From positions 160,001 to 224,000 of the forward strand of contig OY760074.1 in the NCBI GenBank assembly GCA_963663035.1: a stretch of 64,000 nucleotides of DNA, in the 5' to 3' direction. Below the pieces are notes generated by a model. That model did no database searches. It was not told the DNA's origin and was given only the letters and a program-made list of their open reading frames with translations. Position 1 is the stretch's first letter. Every line of letters begins with the position of its first letter. A program made the translations under genes and the position numbers. Shown piece after piece: positions 8,762-18,347 of this stretch. Origin of the DNA: Acidobacteriota bacterium. GTDB lineage: Bacteria; Acidobacteriota; UBA6911; RPQK01; JADFOI01.

Positions 8762-10025
8762 GCCTTGGAAGCTTGCCAGGACGGTTTTCCTTCTCTGGAT
8801 GTTCAGCCCTGCGCTGGCCCTGGGTCTTTCTCAGGGCGAGGACCAGGGCACCAGCGGCGCCGACTTGCTCGAAGCCCAGCGCCTGACCGCTGTGGAAAGG
8901 GTCCTGCCGCAGGAGAGATCCCCGGCTAAGAGAACGCTCCCCAGAGGCGAAGAGGTCTCTCGCTTTGTGGCCAACCTGCTGCGGATCTGGAAAGGTTTCC
9001 ATTTCGCGACGGGAGACTTCCCGGCAGGTGCGGGCTTTGTCTACGGTGTCGGTTACACCTATTCCCGGATGGGTACCTCTTCCTCCGTAGAGGGCTTTCC
9101 CGACCGCATGGAGGTTGACGTGGTGGCTTCCTACAGCACCCGCAGGTACGCCCTGATAGGTTTCGATCTCAGACTGCGGAACTTCCGTGGTACCCCACTC
9201 AACTTCGCCTTACATGGGAAGGCGAGCGAGTTCCCCCAGGAAGAGTTCTTCGGCTTCGGTCGAGCCAGCCGTGAAGAAGACCGGACCAACTACCTCAAAA
9301 GATCCCTGGATGGAGGATTCGATCTCTGGATCGAGCCGCTGGAGAGATTTCGTGTGGGAGGAGGCGCGACCTACTTGAGTCCCAGCATTGGCTCGGGCCG
9401 GGACGATCGATTTGTTTCCAGCGAAGATTTTTTCGATGAGACCACCCTTCCCGGTTTTCAGAGGCAGCCAGACTTCTGGCGCTTTGACGGGTTTGTGGAT
9501 TTCGACTATCGAGACCAGCCCTGGGATCCCCATGTCGGCGGGTTCTACGGAGGGCGCCTCTCAAGTTTTCGGGACCGCCACCTGGACACCTTTCATTTCC
9601 ATCGCTTCGAGGGAGACTTGCAGCAATATTTCCCCCTCTACTGGAGAGAAGGAGTGATTGCCCTGCGTGCCAACCTTGTGATGACGGACTTTAGCGTGGG
9701 CGAGGCAGTGCCTTTCTACTACATGCCGACGCTGGGGGGTGGTGAGAAGCTGCGCGGTTTCAGGGAGTTCCGATTCCGTGACCTCAACAGTTTACTGCTC
9801 ACCGCCGAGTACCGATGGAGGGCCTGGTGGGTCCTTGACATGGACCTGTTCCTGGATGCCGGCAAGGTCACCTTCGACCACGCCGACATTCACTTCAAGG
9901 ATTTAGAAGCCTCCTACGGGTTTGGATTGCGCTTTCATAGCTCCGACGCACTGGTCCTTCGACTCGACCTTGCCTTCAGCCGAGAGGGGTTCATCCCTCT
10001 GTTCAGGTTTAGGCATCTCTTCTGA
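8685..10025 (+). CDS. Omp85/BamA-TamA-like outer-membrane beta-barrel protein
   Basis: Omp85 barrel motifs LGGGEKLRGF..FRF, AEYRW, FLDAGKV and YGFGLRF. C-terminal Phe. Start uncertain (8685-8799). Confidence 0.8.
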   Translation: MEAEIASLSVWIHRELPLPCIRLAAKPWKLARTVFLLWMFSPALALGLSQGEDQGTSGADLLEAQRLTAVERVLPQERSPAKRTLPRGEEVSRFVANLLRIWKGFHFATGDFPAGAGFVYGVGYTYSRMGTSSSVEGFPDRMEVDVVASYSTRRYALIGFDLRLRNFRGTPLNFALHGKASEFPQEEFFGFGRASREEDRTNYLKRSLDGGFDLWIEPLERFRVGGGATYLSPSIGSGRDDRFVSSEDFFDETTLPGFQRQPDFWRFDGFVDFDYRDQPWDPHVGGFYGGRLSSFRDRHLDTFHFHRFEGDLQQYFPLYWREGVIALRANLVMTDFSVGEAVPFYYMPTLGGGEKLRGFREFRFRDLNSLLLTAEYRWRAWWVLDMDLFLDAGKVTFDHADIHFKDLEASYGFGLRFHSSDALVLRLDLAFSREGFIPLFRFRHLF

Positions 10026-10036
10026 GTGGTTTCGCC

Positions 10037-10238
10037 TAGCCCGCATTTCTCACGCCAGGTCGTCGCGAAGCGGCGAAAGGACCGGAAAACAGAGCCGTGG
10101 GCTTTAGCCCACGGGCCCGCAGGCTAAAGCCTGCGGCTCCGACTGGCGCGCGAGGGGCACCCGCTTGCGGGTCGTGCAACACAGTCAGGGCGGATCATTA
10201 CGCCGATGCAGCAGAGCGGGTGTGAGAAGTGCGGGCTA
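10037..10238. mobile_element. MITE-like element, type B, carrying a nested REP doublet
   Basis: Ends TAGCCCGCATTTCTCAC / GTGAGAAGTGCGGGCTA. REP pair at 10090..10139. The right end supplies the TAG stop of 10236..10658(-). Confidence 0.85.
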
Positions 10239-10658
10239 TAGTCCTTTGATCGTTTCTTCCCGGTCACCGGCGATGTAGCGGATGACATCTACTGTGTCGA
10301 TGACCAGGGAGGCAGCGTTGAGGGCCATCAAGACACGAATCCAGATGCCAAAAAAATCGTTGGCCGGAATCTCACCCAGCCGAATCCAAAGGAAGTACAG
10401 CAGGGGAATCCAAAGAACGTGACCGAGTCCCAGAAGACGACTAAACCCGGACAGACGGGTCAGAGTTGTCATGAGAATCATGCTGGCCAAAACGGTCGCC
10501 AAAACAACCTGGCTCTCCACACGGTTGAGAAAGAAAAGCGGCAACACCAGGTTGGCCATGACCAGCAACATGTTCCAGAGCATCCAGTGAACGGGCAGGT
10601 TAAGGACGCCCCTGTTGAACCTGATGAAAGCCTTCCATGGAGTCGTAAGGATGGACAT
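10236..10658 (-). CDS. Hypothetical integral membrane protein
   Basis: Four hydrophobic segments and a GGAGGTG RBS. Confidence 0.75.
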   Translation of the reverse strand: MSILTTPWKAFIRFNRGVLNLPVHWMLWNMLLVMANLVLPLFFLNRVESQVVLATVLASMILMTTLTRLSGFSRLLGLGHVLWIPLLYFLWIRLGEIPANDFFGIWIRVLMALNAASLVIDTVDVIRYIAGDREETIKGL

Positions 10659-10713
10659 AATTCACCTCCCTATTGCAGCCATCGGGTCCAATTTCCAACC
10701 CATAACCAGGAGA

Positions 10714-11433
10714 TTAGTCAACTCCACAACCTTTTTCTGCGGGTGGTGTCTCCGTCAGGAGTGAGGCTATAAGCGGCCCACTGGGATCTCTGGCAGCCAG
10801 CTCACGCGCAGCTTCACCGAGTTGCTGGGTCAGGGAAGCATTCGTTTTTCCCAAATCGGCAATACACTGCTGAAGTTTTTCAATCTTCGGTGCCATCTCC
10901 TCGACCGTGAATCGCTGCTTGATGTGCTGGGGGCAATTGGGACTCCAGGCCTTCACGTTGAAGCGCAGGACGCGCTCTGGTCGCGCCTGGTAATCGGTCT
11001 CGACAAGTTTTTGCAACAGCTGGGGGTCGTCTTCGACAAATTCGGCAGTGCCCCAGATTTTGATGCGACGGCGGTTTGGGTAGTCCATCAGGAACATGAA
11101 CGCTTTGTTGTTTTCGCTCAGATTTCCCAGGGAGATGTATTGGGCATTCCCGGCAAAGTCGGCCAGCCCAAGGGTGTGTTCATCCAGCACTTTGAGGAAG
11201 CCTTTAGGCCCGCCGCGGTACTGGATGTAGGGTTGACCATCCGCACCCGCAGTACCCAGATAAAGAGAGTCTTGCTCGGCGATGAGGTTCGCCAGTTCGG
11301 GCGTTACAACATCGTGCCAGGGGCCCTGCTCGCCCCGCACTTCCATCCTGGCGTAGGAGGAGCGTGAGCCGCGTTTCTCCTGGGCTTCCTTAACCCTGGG
11401 AGTGAAGGCGACTTCACTGATCGGGTGTTTCAT
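10714..11433 (-). CDS. Pyridoxamine 5'-phosphate oxidase-related FMN-binding protein
   Basis: Motifs PYIQYRGGPKGFL, ADFAGN.QYISLGN and NCPQHI. Confidence 0.9.
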   Translation of the reverse strand: MKHPISEVAFTPRVKEAQEKRGSRSSYARMEVRGEQGPWHDVVTPELANLIAEQDSLYLGTAGADGQPYIQYRGGPKGFLKVLDEHTLGLADFAGNAQYISLGNLSENNKAFMFLMDYPNRRRIKIWGTAEFVEDDPQLLQKLVETDYQARPERVLRFNVKAWSPNCPQHIKQRFTVEEMAPKIEKLQQCIADLGKTNASLTQQLGEAARELAARDPSGPLIASLLTETPPAEKGCGVD

Positions 11434-11522
11434 GAGAGGGCCTCCTTATGTAAAAATCTATTTGAAAAGAGTTTTCGTTGCTTCATTAAAGATCTATCCG
11501 AAAGGGATTGCAAGGAGTCTCT

Positions 11523-12518
11523 ATGACTTGGCATGTCTTTGTTGCGCGGAGTATCCCTGAAAATGGTCCGTCCATGCTCCAGGAGGCTGGTTTCAAGGTT
11601 GATGTCAACCAGGGAGAACGAGTCCTGTCCAAAGAAGAACTCATCGATAGCTTAAGAGGCAAGGATGCGCTCTTGAGCCTTTTGACTGATGAGGTGGACA
11701 GTGACGTTCTCTTGTCCAGTCCGGACCTCAAGATTGTTTCCAATTATGCTGTTGGATTCGACAATATCGATGTCCCGACTGCCACCAAGCATGGAATCGC
11801 TGTAACCAATACGCCGGGTGTGTTGACAGAGGCTGTCGCAGAACACACCCTGGCGCTGATGCTGACAGCTGCCCGGAGGATCGCCGAAGCGGACCGGTTT
11901 ACTCGAGCAGGCAGGTACAAGGTATGGGGACCCAAGCTCTTTCTCGGTCAGCCAATCGCGGGCAGAACGCTGGGTCTGGTTGGACTGGGCAGAATTGGAA
12001 TAGCTGTTGCGCACAGAGCCATCAAGGGGATGGGCATGAAGGTGATTTACTATAGCCCCAATGATAATAAGGAGTTCGAGAAGGACTACGAAGCCAGGCG
12101 AGTCGAACTGGATACGCTACTGAAAGAGGCTGACGTCATTTCGCTGCATGTCCCTCTTTCCGATCAGACTTTTCACCTCATCAGCACAGAAGAGTTTCGC
12201 ACCATGAAGTCTTCAGCGATTTTGATCAACACAGCACGTGGACCCATCGTTGATGAAGCCGCACTGGTTGAGGCATTACAGGAAAAGAGAATATTTTCTG
12301 CTGCATTGGATGTCTTTGAATGCGAGCCGGCCATTTCCTGCGACAGCGAAGCAGAGGTGCAACTCAAGGACCTCGATAACGTCATCCTGACACCACACAT
12401 CGCCTCAGCTACTACAGTTGCCAGGGCAAAGATGGCAGAGATGGCGGCGCAGAGCATTATCGATCTGGCCAATGGGAAAACTCCAGAGAACATTCTAAAC
12501 AAAGAGGTCTTGAGCTAG
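11523..12518 (+). CDS. D-glycerate dehydrogenase / glyoxylate reductase (D-2-hydroxyacid dehydrogenase)
   Basis: Motifs NYAVGFDNID, NTPGVLT, GLGRIG, INTARG and TPHIASAT. AAGGAG RBS. Confidence 0.9.
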   Translation: MTWHVFVARSIPENGPSMLQEAGFKVDVNQGERVLSKEELIDSLRGKDALLSLLTDEVDSDVLLSSPDLKIVSNYAVGFDNIDVPTATKHGIAVTNTPGVLTEAVAEHTLALMLTAARRIAEADRFTRAGRYKVWGPKLFLGQPIAGRTLGLVGLGRIGIAVAHRAIKGMGMKVIYYSPNDNKEFEKDYEARRVELDTLLKEADVISLHVPLSDQTFHLISTEEFRTMKSSAILINTARGPIVDEAALVEALQEKRIFSAALDVFECEPAISCDSEAEVQLKDLDNVILTPHIASATTVARAKMAEMAAQSIIDLANGKTPENILNKEVLS

Positions 12519-12717
12519 CCCGCATTTATCACATCAGGTCGTCACGAAGCGGCGAAAGGGCCGGAAAACAGAGCCGTGGGCTTTAGCCCACGGGCCCGCA
12601 GGCTAAAGCCTGCGGCTCCGACTGGCGCGCGAGGGGTACCCGCTTGCGGGTCGCGCAACGCAGTCAGGTCGGATCATTGCGCCGATGCAGTAGAGCGGGT
12701 GTGAGAAGTGCGGGCTA
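12516..12717. mobile_element. MITE-like element, type B, carrying a nested REP doublet
   Basis: Near-identical to 10037..10238. The left end overlaps the TAG of the dehydrogenase gene. Confidence 0.85.
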
Positions 12718-12770
12718 GTGGATGATGGGGCACCGGGAGAGCCAGCGAAGAAGGCGAGTACTCGCGAGTA

Positions 12771-14657
12771 CTAAGGAATCAAGACCTGGACGGGCCAGCG
12801 CACTCCTTTCCACAGACCCTTGCCTGCTTTTGTCAGAGCCCCGACAAAAGAGTGAACCTGCATGTCCTTGATATCCTCGTTGGATAGCATGCTCCGGTAA
12901 CTGTGAGAATTCCAGGCGGGAAACCAGACGGTGTAAAGAAGATGTTTGGGCATCTCCTTCAAAACTTGCCGTGAGATCCGACTCATCAGGTACTGATCCT
13001 GATTCAACTCGGGATCCAACTCCGAGAGAATACCGCTGACGGTAATCTGCGCCTTTATAAAGAGACCGATATTGAAGCGAATCTGAAATCCTCGCTGAGC
13101 AGTCTTTTTCATCAACTCGCCCAGGACGTCGAAGACCTGGCTTTTGCCATTCTCACGGAGAGTCTCTTCTACGATGATGCGAATGGCCTCCTGCTCCTCC
13201 GGCGACTCCCAATCATCGCTTTCGATTAAGCTTCCCATATGGTTTCTTAAGCGCTTTGCATCGTTCAAGTAGATGCCCAAGAACAGCTGCATGAGTTCGG
13301 CCCTTTGCTGGCGGGGGAACACACCGGAGAGCCCCCAGTCCAACAGAGCGATCCGGTAAGGATCCTTCGCTTCACCCAGGACATGGAAAACATTTCCAGC
13401 ATGAGGATCACCGTGAAAAAGCGCCTCCTCCTGGGAGGACAAGAGCACATCCAGGGTCAGCACATCGATAAGACGACGGGCTAACTTGGCCCGTGCTTTG
13501 GGCTGGCCAGGAAAGGCAGCCGTGATTTTTTGACCATGGATTAACTCCATGATCGTCACCCGCTCCGTGGACAAGGGATAAAGTTCCGGCACCGTCACCT
13601 TGCTGTTGTGTCGATAATAGGCTCCCGCTTTGGCCAGATTCTCTTGCTCATTGATCACCTGGATCTCTCTAGAAAGAGCCTCCCGGATTTCTGCGAACAT
13701 GTCCGAAAGAAGAATGGTCCCGATCTCGTAAAAGTCGGAATACTCCGCAAAGTAGTTGGCCAAATCATCGAAGATGACGAGTTCTTCTGAGAGTGCGGAT
13801 ATGGCCTGTGGCTTGATGATTTTGGCTACCGCTTCCCGGGCTCTCGTCTCTCCTGGAAAAACCAGACTTCGGAACTGCAGAACTGCACCCACCGTTGCCT
13901 CGGCAAGGACTTCGTCGGAAAAGCTAATCTGGTACTCTTCCACCGTTTCGGGCCCGAGTTCCTGGAGAATCAACTCCACCAGTTCATCGCGACTCGTTGT
14001 GCTCAAGCTGTTCTCCAGGACCTGAAGGGCTTCTCGAAGGTCTGGGGGAACATCTGGATTCCTGGCAAATATCTGTCCAATCTTCTGAAGAGTGGGTGTC
14101 GCGGAGACAAATTTCAGGACTTGCTCCCCCCTCTGGGCATCAGCGGGCAGAGAAAACTGATCCATGAGCTTCTCGAGAAGACGCTCTTCTCCCAGGCGGT
14201 CTAGAAAAAACAGGAGCGAGTCATGAATAATGGGAATCCATCCCCCGGCTTTTTCGGGAACGATCTCCAAAACTCGTGAGCGATGCAGCAAAAGTTCCAG
14301 TACCTGCGGCCGCCACTTTGCCCAATCCACAGTTTTCAGAGCGGCCATGACCTCGCTCTGGGAGGGTTGGGGTTGGCCTTGAGTGTCGGGCTCCCCCACA
14401 AGTTGGAGGATCAGGGACTGCTGGGATGGTTCTAATTCCGGAAATACGCTGCTGAACAGACGAAGGCCCTCTGTCTCAGGATCGAAGGTGTCGTAGTGCT
14501 CCGGCGGCGTGGGAAGAGGAATCTCCGCTTTGAGAAATGTAGGCGAAGTCAGTAGGACTGTCCAAAAAGCGAGCCACCACTGGACTCGAAGAACATGAGC
14601 AGCCAGTGGACAACTTGATTTTCGGCGAATCTCTCTAGGCTCCTTTAGGTGCTTCAT
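12771..14657 (-). CDS. ABC1/AarF/UbiB family atypical kinase
   Basis: KxGQ motif (QKIGQ), catalytic Lys in VAKIIKP, FHGDPHAGN and LLDWGL. Confidence 0.85.
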   Translation of the reverse strand: MKHLKEPREIRRKSSCPLAAHVLRVQWWLAFWTVLLTSPTFLKAEIPLPTPPEHYDTFDPETEGLRLFSSVFPELEPSQQSLILQLVGEPDTQGQPQPSQSEVMAALKTVDWAKWRPQVLELLLHRSRVLEIVPEKAGGWIPIIHDSLLFFLDRLGEERLLEKLMDQFSLPADAQRGEQVLKFVSATPTLQKIGQIFARNPDVPPDLREALQVLENSLSTTSRDELVELILQELGPETVEEYQISFSDEVLAEATVGAVLQFRSLVFPGETRAREAVAKIIKPQAISALSEELVIFDDLANYFAEYSDFYEIGTILLSDMFAEIREALSREIQVINEQENLAKAGAYYRHNSKVTVPELYPLSTERVTIMELIHGQKITAAFPGQPKARAKLARRLIDVLTLDVLLSSQEEALFHGDPHAGNVFHVLGEAKDPYRIALLDWGLSGVFPRQQRAELMQLFLGIYLNDAKRLRNHMGSLIESDDWESPEEQEAIRIIVEETLRENGKSQVFDVLGELMKKTAQRGFQIRFNIGLFIKAQITVSGILSELDPELNQDQYLMSRISRQVLKEMPKHLLYTVWFPAWNSHSYRSMLSNEDIKDMQVHSFVGALTKAGKGLWKGVRWPVQVLIP

Positions 14658-15129
14658 TCCCAGTCTTACTGGCTTCTTTCAAGCGTCGTCGTCGTCGTCG
14701 GAGCGCTGCGCGGTAACGGCTTTTCTCCTCCTCCGTCTCTGCAATCAGGGGTGGAATCTTTGCGGGTCTGCCATCCTTGTCCAGGGCAACAAAGGTTAAA
14801 AAGGCAGTGCTGGTTTTCATGCGTTTACCGCTGAGCGGATCTTCTGAGAAGACTTGAACCTCTACTTCCATCGAGGTTGTAAAAGCTCTTGTCACAGACG
14901 CCTCCAGCAGCACCAGCTGCCCAACCTTGATAGGATGCAAAAAACGAACAGAATCGACCGAGACAGTGACGACAGGCATCCTACTGTGCCGAAAAGTAGC
15001 AATTGCCCCAGCCATATCCATCAGGTGCATGACCTTCCCACCCAGGATGTTCCCATGAGTATTAGCGTCATTGGGAAGGACCTGTTCAGTCATGGTCGTT
15101 CGTGATTGCGAAACCGGCTTACCTTTCAT
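14635..15129 (-). CDS. Acyl-CoA thioesterase (hotdog fold, YciA-like)
   Basis: Motifs VLPNDAN.HG...GG.V...MD, VVTVSVD and TSMEV. Confidence 0.9.
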   Translation of the reverse strand: MKGKPVSQSRTTMTEQVLPNDANTHGNILGGKVMHLMDMAGAIATFRHSRMPVVTVSVDSVRFLHPIKVGQLVLLEASVTRAFTTSMEVEVQVFSEDPLSGKRMKTSTAFLTFVALDKDGRPAKIPPLIAETEEEKSRYRAALRRRRRRLKEASKTGNEAPKGA

Positions 15130-15304
15130 CTTTTCGGATAGCTTTGCGAATCTTGATTGTCCAGTCAAGTGATGGCCTGAAATCGCCCCTACAGAAGCTT
15201 TTGAGGCCTTGTTACAAGTCCGGCGAAGCAGTAGTCTTATCTCTCCAGATGATGGTCACGATTAGAAGCTTCAGATCGTTCTCGCTGATTTGGAGGCCCA
15301 GGCG

Positions 15305-17047
15305 ATGAAGTTACTCTCTGTCAATGTCTCCCTTCCCAAAGAGATCACCTTCAAGGGAAAGACGGTTCGAACAGGCATCTTTAAAAAGCCTGTCGAGGGG
15401 CGGGTCGGGGTGAAGACGCTCAATCTCGAGGGCGACGGCCAGGCTGACCTGCTGGGTCACGGCGGACTCTTCAGAGCGGTGTACGTTTACTCCTTCGATA
15501 ATTATGCCTCTTGGGAGGGTGAGCTGGGGAGGTCAGATTTCACCTTTGGCCAATTTGGCGAAAACCTCACGGGTGAGGGATTGCTGGATCAAGACGTTCA
15601 TGTTGGCGATATCTTCAGAATCGGTACGGTGATTTTCCAGGTCACTCAACCCCGAGTCCCCTGTTACAAGCTGGCCATCAAAATGGGTGTTGAGGGGTTC
15701 TATAATCAGCTTCTGGCCAGTGGGCGGCTGGGTTTCTATTTTCGGGTGCTCCAAGAGGGTGAGGTTGGCGCCGGAGACGTGATCGAAAGAACCAGGGTTG
15801 ACCCCATCGGCATGCCGATTACTGAGGTCAACAAACTCATGTATTTCGACAAGGACAATCTCGAGGGCGCCAGAAAGTCCCTCCGCGTTGAAGCACTTTC
15901 CCCGGGTTGGCGAACCACCTTTGAAGGGCGTTTGGCCAAGGCCGAGCTGTCCACGAGCATCCAGGAGAAACTCAGAACATTCATTGTCGATCGTAAGGTA
16001 GCGGAGAGTGAAACCATCACCTCATTTTATCTCCTGCCCCAAGACGGCAAGCCTTTAGCACCTTTTTTGCCGGGACAGTTTTTGCCCTTGAAACTGGATA
16101 TAGCGGGACAGTACAAACCCGTGTTGCGGACGTATTCACTGTCGGACAGCCCCAATAGAGATTACTATCGGCTGACCATCAAGAGAGAACCCGCTCCCGC
16201 TGACCGGCCGGATCTGTACCCGGGGGTCTCTTCCACTTACTTTCATGATGAGGTCGAGCCCGGCTCGAAGCTGTCAGCCAAGTCCCCCAGAGGAAAATTC
16301 TTCCTGGACGCACAGGCTGAAACCCCGCTGGTGTTACTCAGTGCAGGTGTTGGGCTGACACCTTTGATCAGCATGCTAAACGCAATAGTTGAGGCGGGTT
16401 CGAACCGACCCGTTTGGTTTATTCATGGCAGCCGAAACGGCCGTGAGCACGTTATGGGAGCCCATGTGCGGCAAGTTGCCGAAGAGAACAGCAACGTCCA
16501 GATTCACATTCGCTACAGTAGACCTTCCTCAGAGGACACCGTGGGACGTGACTATGATGAGGCCGGTTATGTAGATATCGACCTGGTGAAACGTTTTGTG
16601 CCCAGCAAAGCTGTTGATTTCTATCTGTGTGGGCCCACTCCTTTCCTGAAATCTCTCTTTGAGGGGTTACTGGCCTGGGGGGTATCCGAGTCGCGGATTC
16701 ACTATGAGTTTTTCGGTCCCGCTTCTGCCCTCAAGGAGCGGGCAAAGGTCGCACCGGCAAAGCGGGCAGCTGAAGTCGCTGAGTGCTGTGAGGAAATCGA
16801 GGTCACCTTCTCCAAGTCGAGCGTCAAGGCAAATTGGAACCCCTCTTTTGAAAGCATCCTGGACTTGGCTGAGGCCAATGGATTGAGTCCGGATTACAGC
16901 TGCAGGGCAGGAATTTGTCATACTTGTATTTGTGAGCTCGAGGAGGGTGAGGTGGAGTACGTTCAAGAGCCACTGGAGCCGCCCGATGAGGGATCAGTAC
17001 TGATTTGCTGCTCCAAGCCCAAGACCAATGTGGTGGTCGGTCTATGA
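15305..17047 (+). CDS. MOSC domain + FAD/NAD-binding reductase + 2Fe-2S ferredoxin fusion (YiiM/YcbX-related)
   Basis: MOSC motifs GQFGENLT and QPRVPCYK. Reductase motifs RTYSL, AGVGLTP and YLCGP. Ferredoxin motif CRAGICHTC...CC. GGAGG RBS. Confidence 0.9.
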   Translation: MKLLSVNVSLPKEITFKGKTVRTGIFKKPVEGRVGVKTLNLEGDGQADLLGHGGLFRAVYVYSFDNYASWEGELGRSDFTFGQFGENLTGEGLLDQDVHVGDIFRIGTVIFQVTQPRVPCYKLAIKMGVEGFYNQLLASGRLGFYFRVLQEGEVGAGDVIERTRVDPIGMPITEVNKLMYFDKDNLEGARKSLRVEALSPGWRTTFEGRLAKAELSTSIQEKLRTFIVDRKVAESETITSFYLLPQDGKPLAPFLPGQFLPLKLDIAGQYKPVLRTYSLSDSPNRDYYRLTIKREPAPADRPDLYPGVSSTYFHDEVEPGSKLSAKSPRGKFFLDAQAETPLVLLSAGVGLTPLISMLNAIVEAGSNRPVWFIHGSRNGREHVMGAHVRQVAEENSNVQIHIRYSRPSSEDTVGRDYDEAGYVDIDLVKRFVPSKAVDFYLCGPTPFLKSLFEGLLAWGVSESRIHYEFFGPASALKERAKVAPAKRAAEVAECCEEIEVTFSKSSVKANWNPSFESILDLAEANGLSPDYSCRAGICHTCICELEEGEVEYVQEPLEPPDEGSVLICCSKPKTNVVVGL

Positions 17048-17076
17048 AGTCGGCTCTGGCCTACGGGCTAAAGAGG

Positions 17077-17153
17077 CCGGCAGGCTAAAGCCTGCGGCTC
17101 TGCTGGGAGCTAATGAGGATCAGTCAGAGCCGTGGGCTTTAGCCCACGGGCCC
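17077..17153. repeat. REP/REPIN-like inverted palindrome doublet
   Basis: GCAGGCTAAAGCCTGCGGCTCTG, a spacer, then CAGAGCCGTGGGCTTTAGCCCACGGGCCC. Lies between convergent genes. Inverted copy at 43948. Confidence 0.8.
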
Positions 17154-17157
17154 AGGG

Positions 17158-18255
17158 TCATTGGACAAAGATCGGATTGGACAGGATCCAGGGCTTGTCT
17201 CGAAGCAGGCGTGGAGGGTCTAACAAGTAGACTTCCACGCGGTAGACTCCAGGCTCATCAGCCTGCAGAGAAAAGCGAGTTCCCTCAAATTCCTGAAAGG
17301 TGTCCCCAGACCGTTTGAGAAGGAACCGTACGGGAACCGGAGATTGAAGGACGAGCTCGGATCCTCTGGCCACCTGTGCACCCATGGGACGAAATTGACC
17401 TTCTTCCCTGGCGTGAAACGAGAAACCCGTGGGATCTGCGATTTTTTCAAAGGAAATGTAGCAAGATCCCGCCTCCAAAGCCTGCACAATGGCTTCCCCA
17501 GAGACCTCCTTTTCGGGAGCCAACAAAACGTGGTTGGTCACAAACTCGAAACTGCTCCGATAGGGGTCCAGCATGACAGAAGAGATCTTCTGCCCCGAGG
17601 TTGTCTGGAGCACAATTCCGATATTCTGGTGGGCATCATTTCCGGCCGTGCCGGTGACTTTCCTTATGAGAAGGAACCGGTCCCACAGGAGCAGACGATC
17701 AGGGTTCATTTCCCAAAGCTGAAAAAAGAAGAGATTGGAGTAAAGGACCCGATGGTAAATAAAGTTTACCCAATTATAAGGTGTATTCTTCAACAGGGCA
17801 TTCTCGTGCATGTTATAAACTTCAAATCCGTTGAAGCGGACAGGGAGCTGCTCCAGGTCGGAGCCTGTATAGATGTTGAGATCTGAACCTGGAGTTGTCA
17901 GAACAGTGCCGACCTGGGCCACGTTTTCCTCTGAACCGTAAATGAGAACCAACTCAGGATCTTCGATTTGCTGAAAGAGGAAGGGTTCTCTGACGTGTTC
18001 GGTCAGGAAGAGATAATGGTAACCCGCCTCCTTGGCGGCCTGGATAATCTCGGGATAGGTGCCGAGACTGTGGCCTCCAGCAGCACTGTGAACGTGGATC
18101 GTTCCTCTTAAGTCGAGAAAGGGTGTCGATTGGACCTGCTGGGGAGTCAGGTTGGTGAGATAACGAGACAGGCGGTAGCTTTGAAAGAGATTGTAGAGGA
18201 AAGGAAGCTGGATGAGAATCAGGACACCAAGGAGATACCGCAGAATCTTGATCAA
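17158..18255 (-). CDS. PHP-domain metallohydrolase with N-terminal membrane anchor
   Basis: PHP motifs GTIHVHS, LTEH, GSE and AGNDAH. C-terminal WILSNPI. Confidence 0.8.
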   Translation of the reverse strand: MIKILRYLLGVLILIQLPFLYNLFQSYRLSRYLTNLTPQQVQSTPFLDLRGTIHVHSAAGGHSLGTYPEIIQAAKEAGYHYLFLTEHVREPFLFQQIEDPELVLIYGSEENVAQVGTVLTTPGSDLNIYTGSDLEQLPVRFNGFEVYNMHENALLKNTPYNWVNFIYHRVLYSNLFFFQLWEMNPDRLLLWDRFLLIRKVTGTAGNDAHQNIGIVLQTTSGQKISSVMLDPYRSSFEFVTNHVLLAPEKEVSGEAIVQALEAGSCYISFEKIADPTGFSFHAREEGQFRPMGAQVARGSELVLQSPVPVRFLLKRSGDTFQEFEGTRFSLQADEPGVYRVEVYLLDPPRLLRDKPWILSNPIFVQ

Positions 18256-18347
18256 GGTTAAACATTATATAGCACAGCCGGGAGAGTTTGGCTTGCCACT
18301 CACCGGGGAGGACGCTAATATTGCGAAAACAAAAAAGGGGTGGTTCG

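Noticed and set aside
12754-12772. Overlapping palindrome GCGAGTACTCGCGAGTACT
   Set aside because: Single occurrence at a gene 3' end with no supporting context.
15305-17047. MOSC-reductase-ferredoxin fusion as a novelty
   Set aside because: This architecture is already well known.
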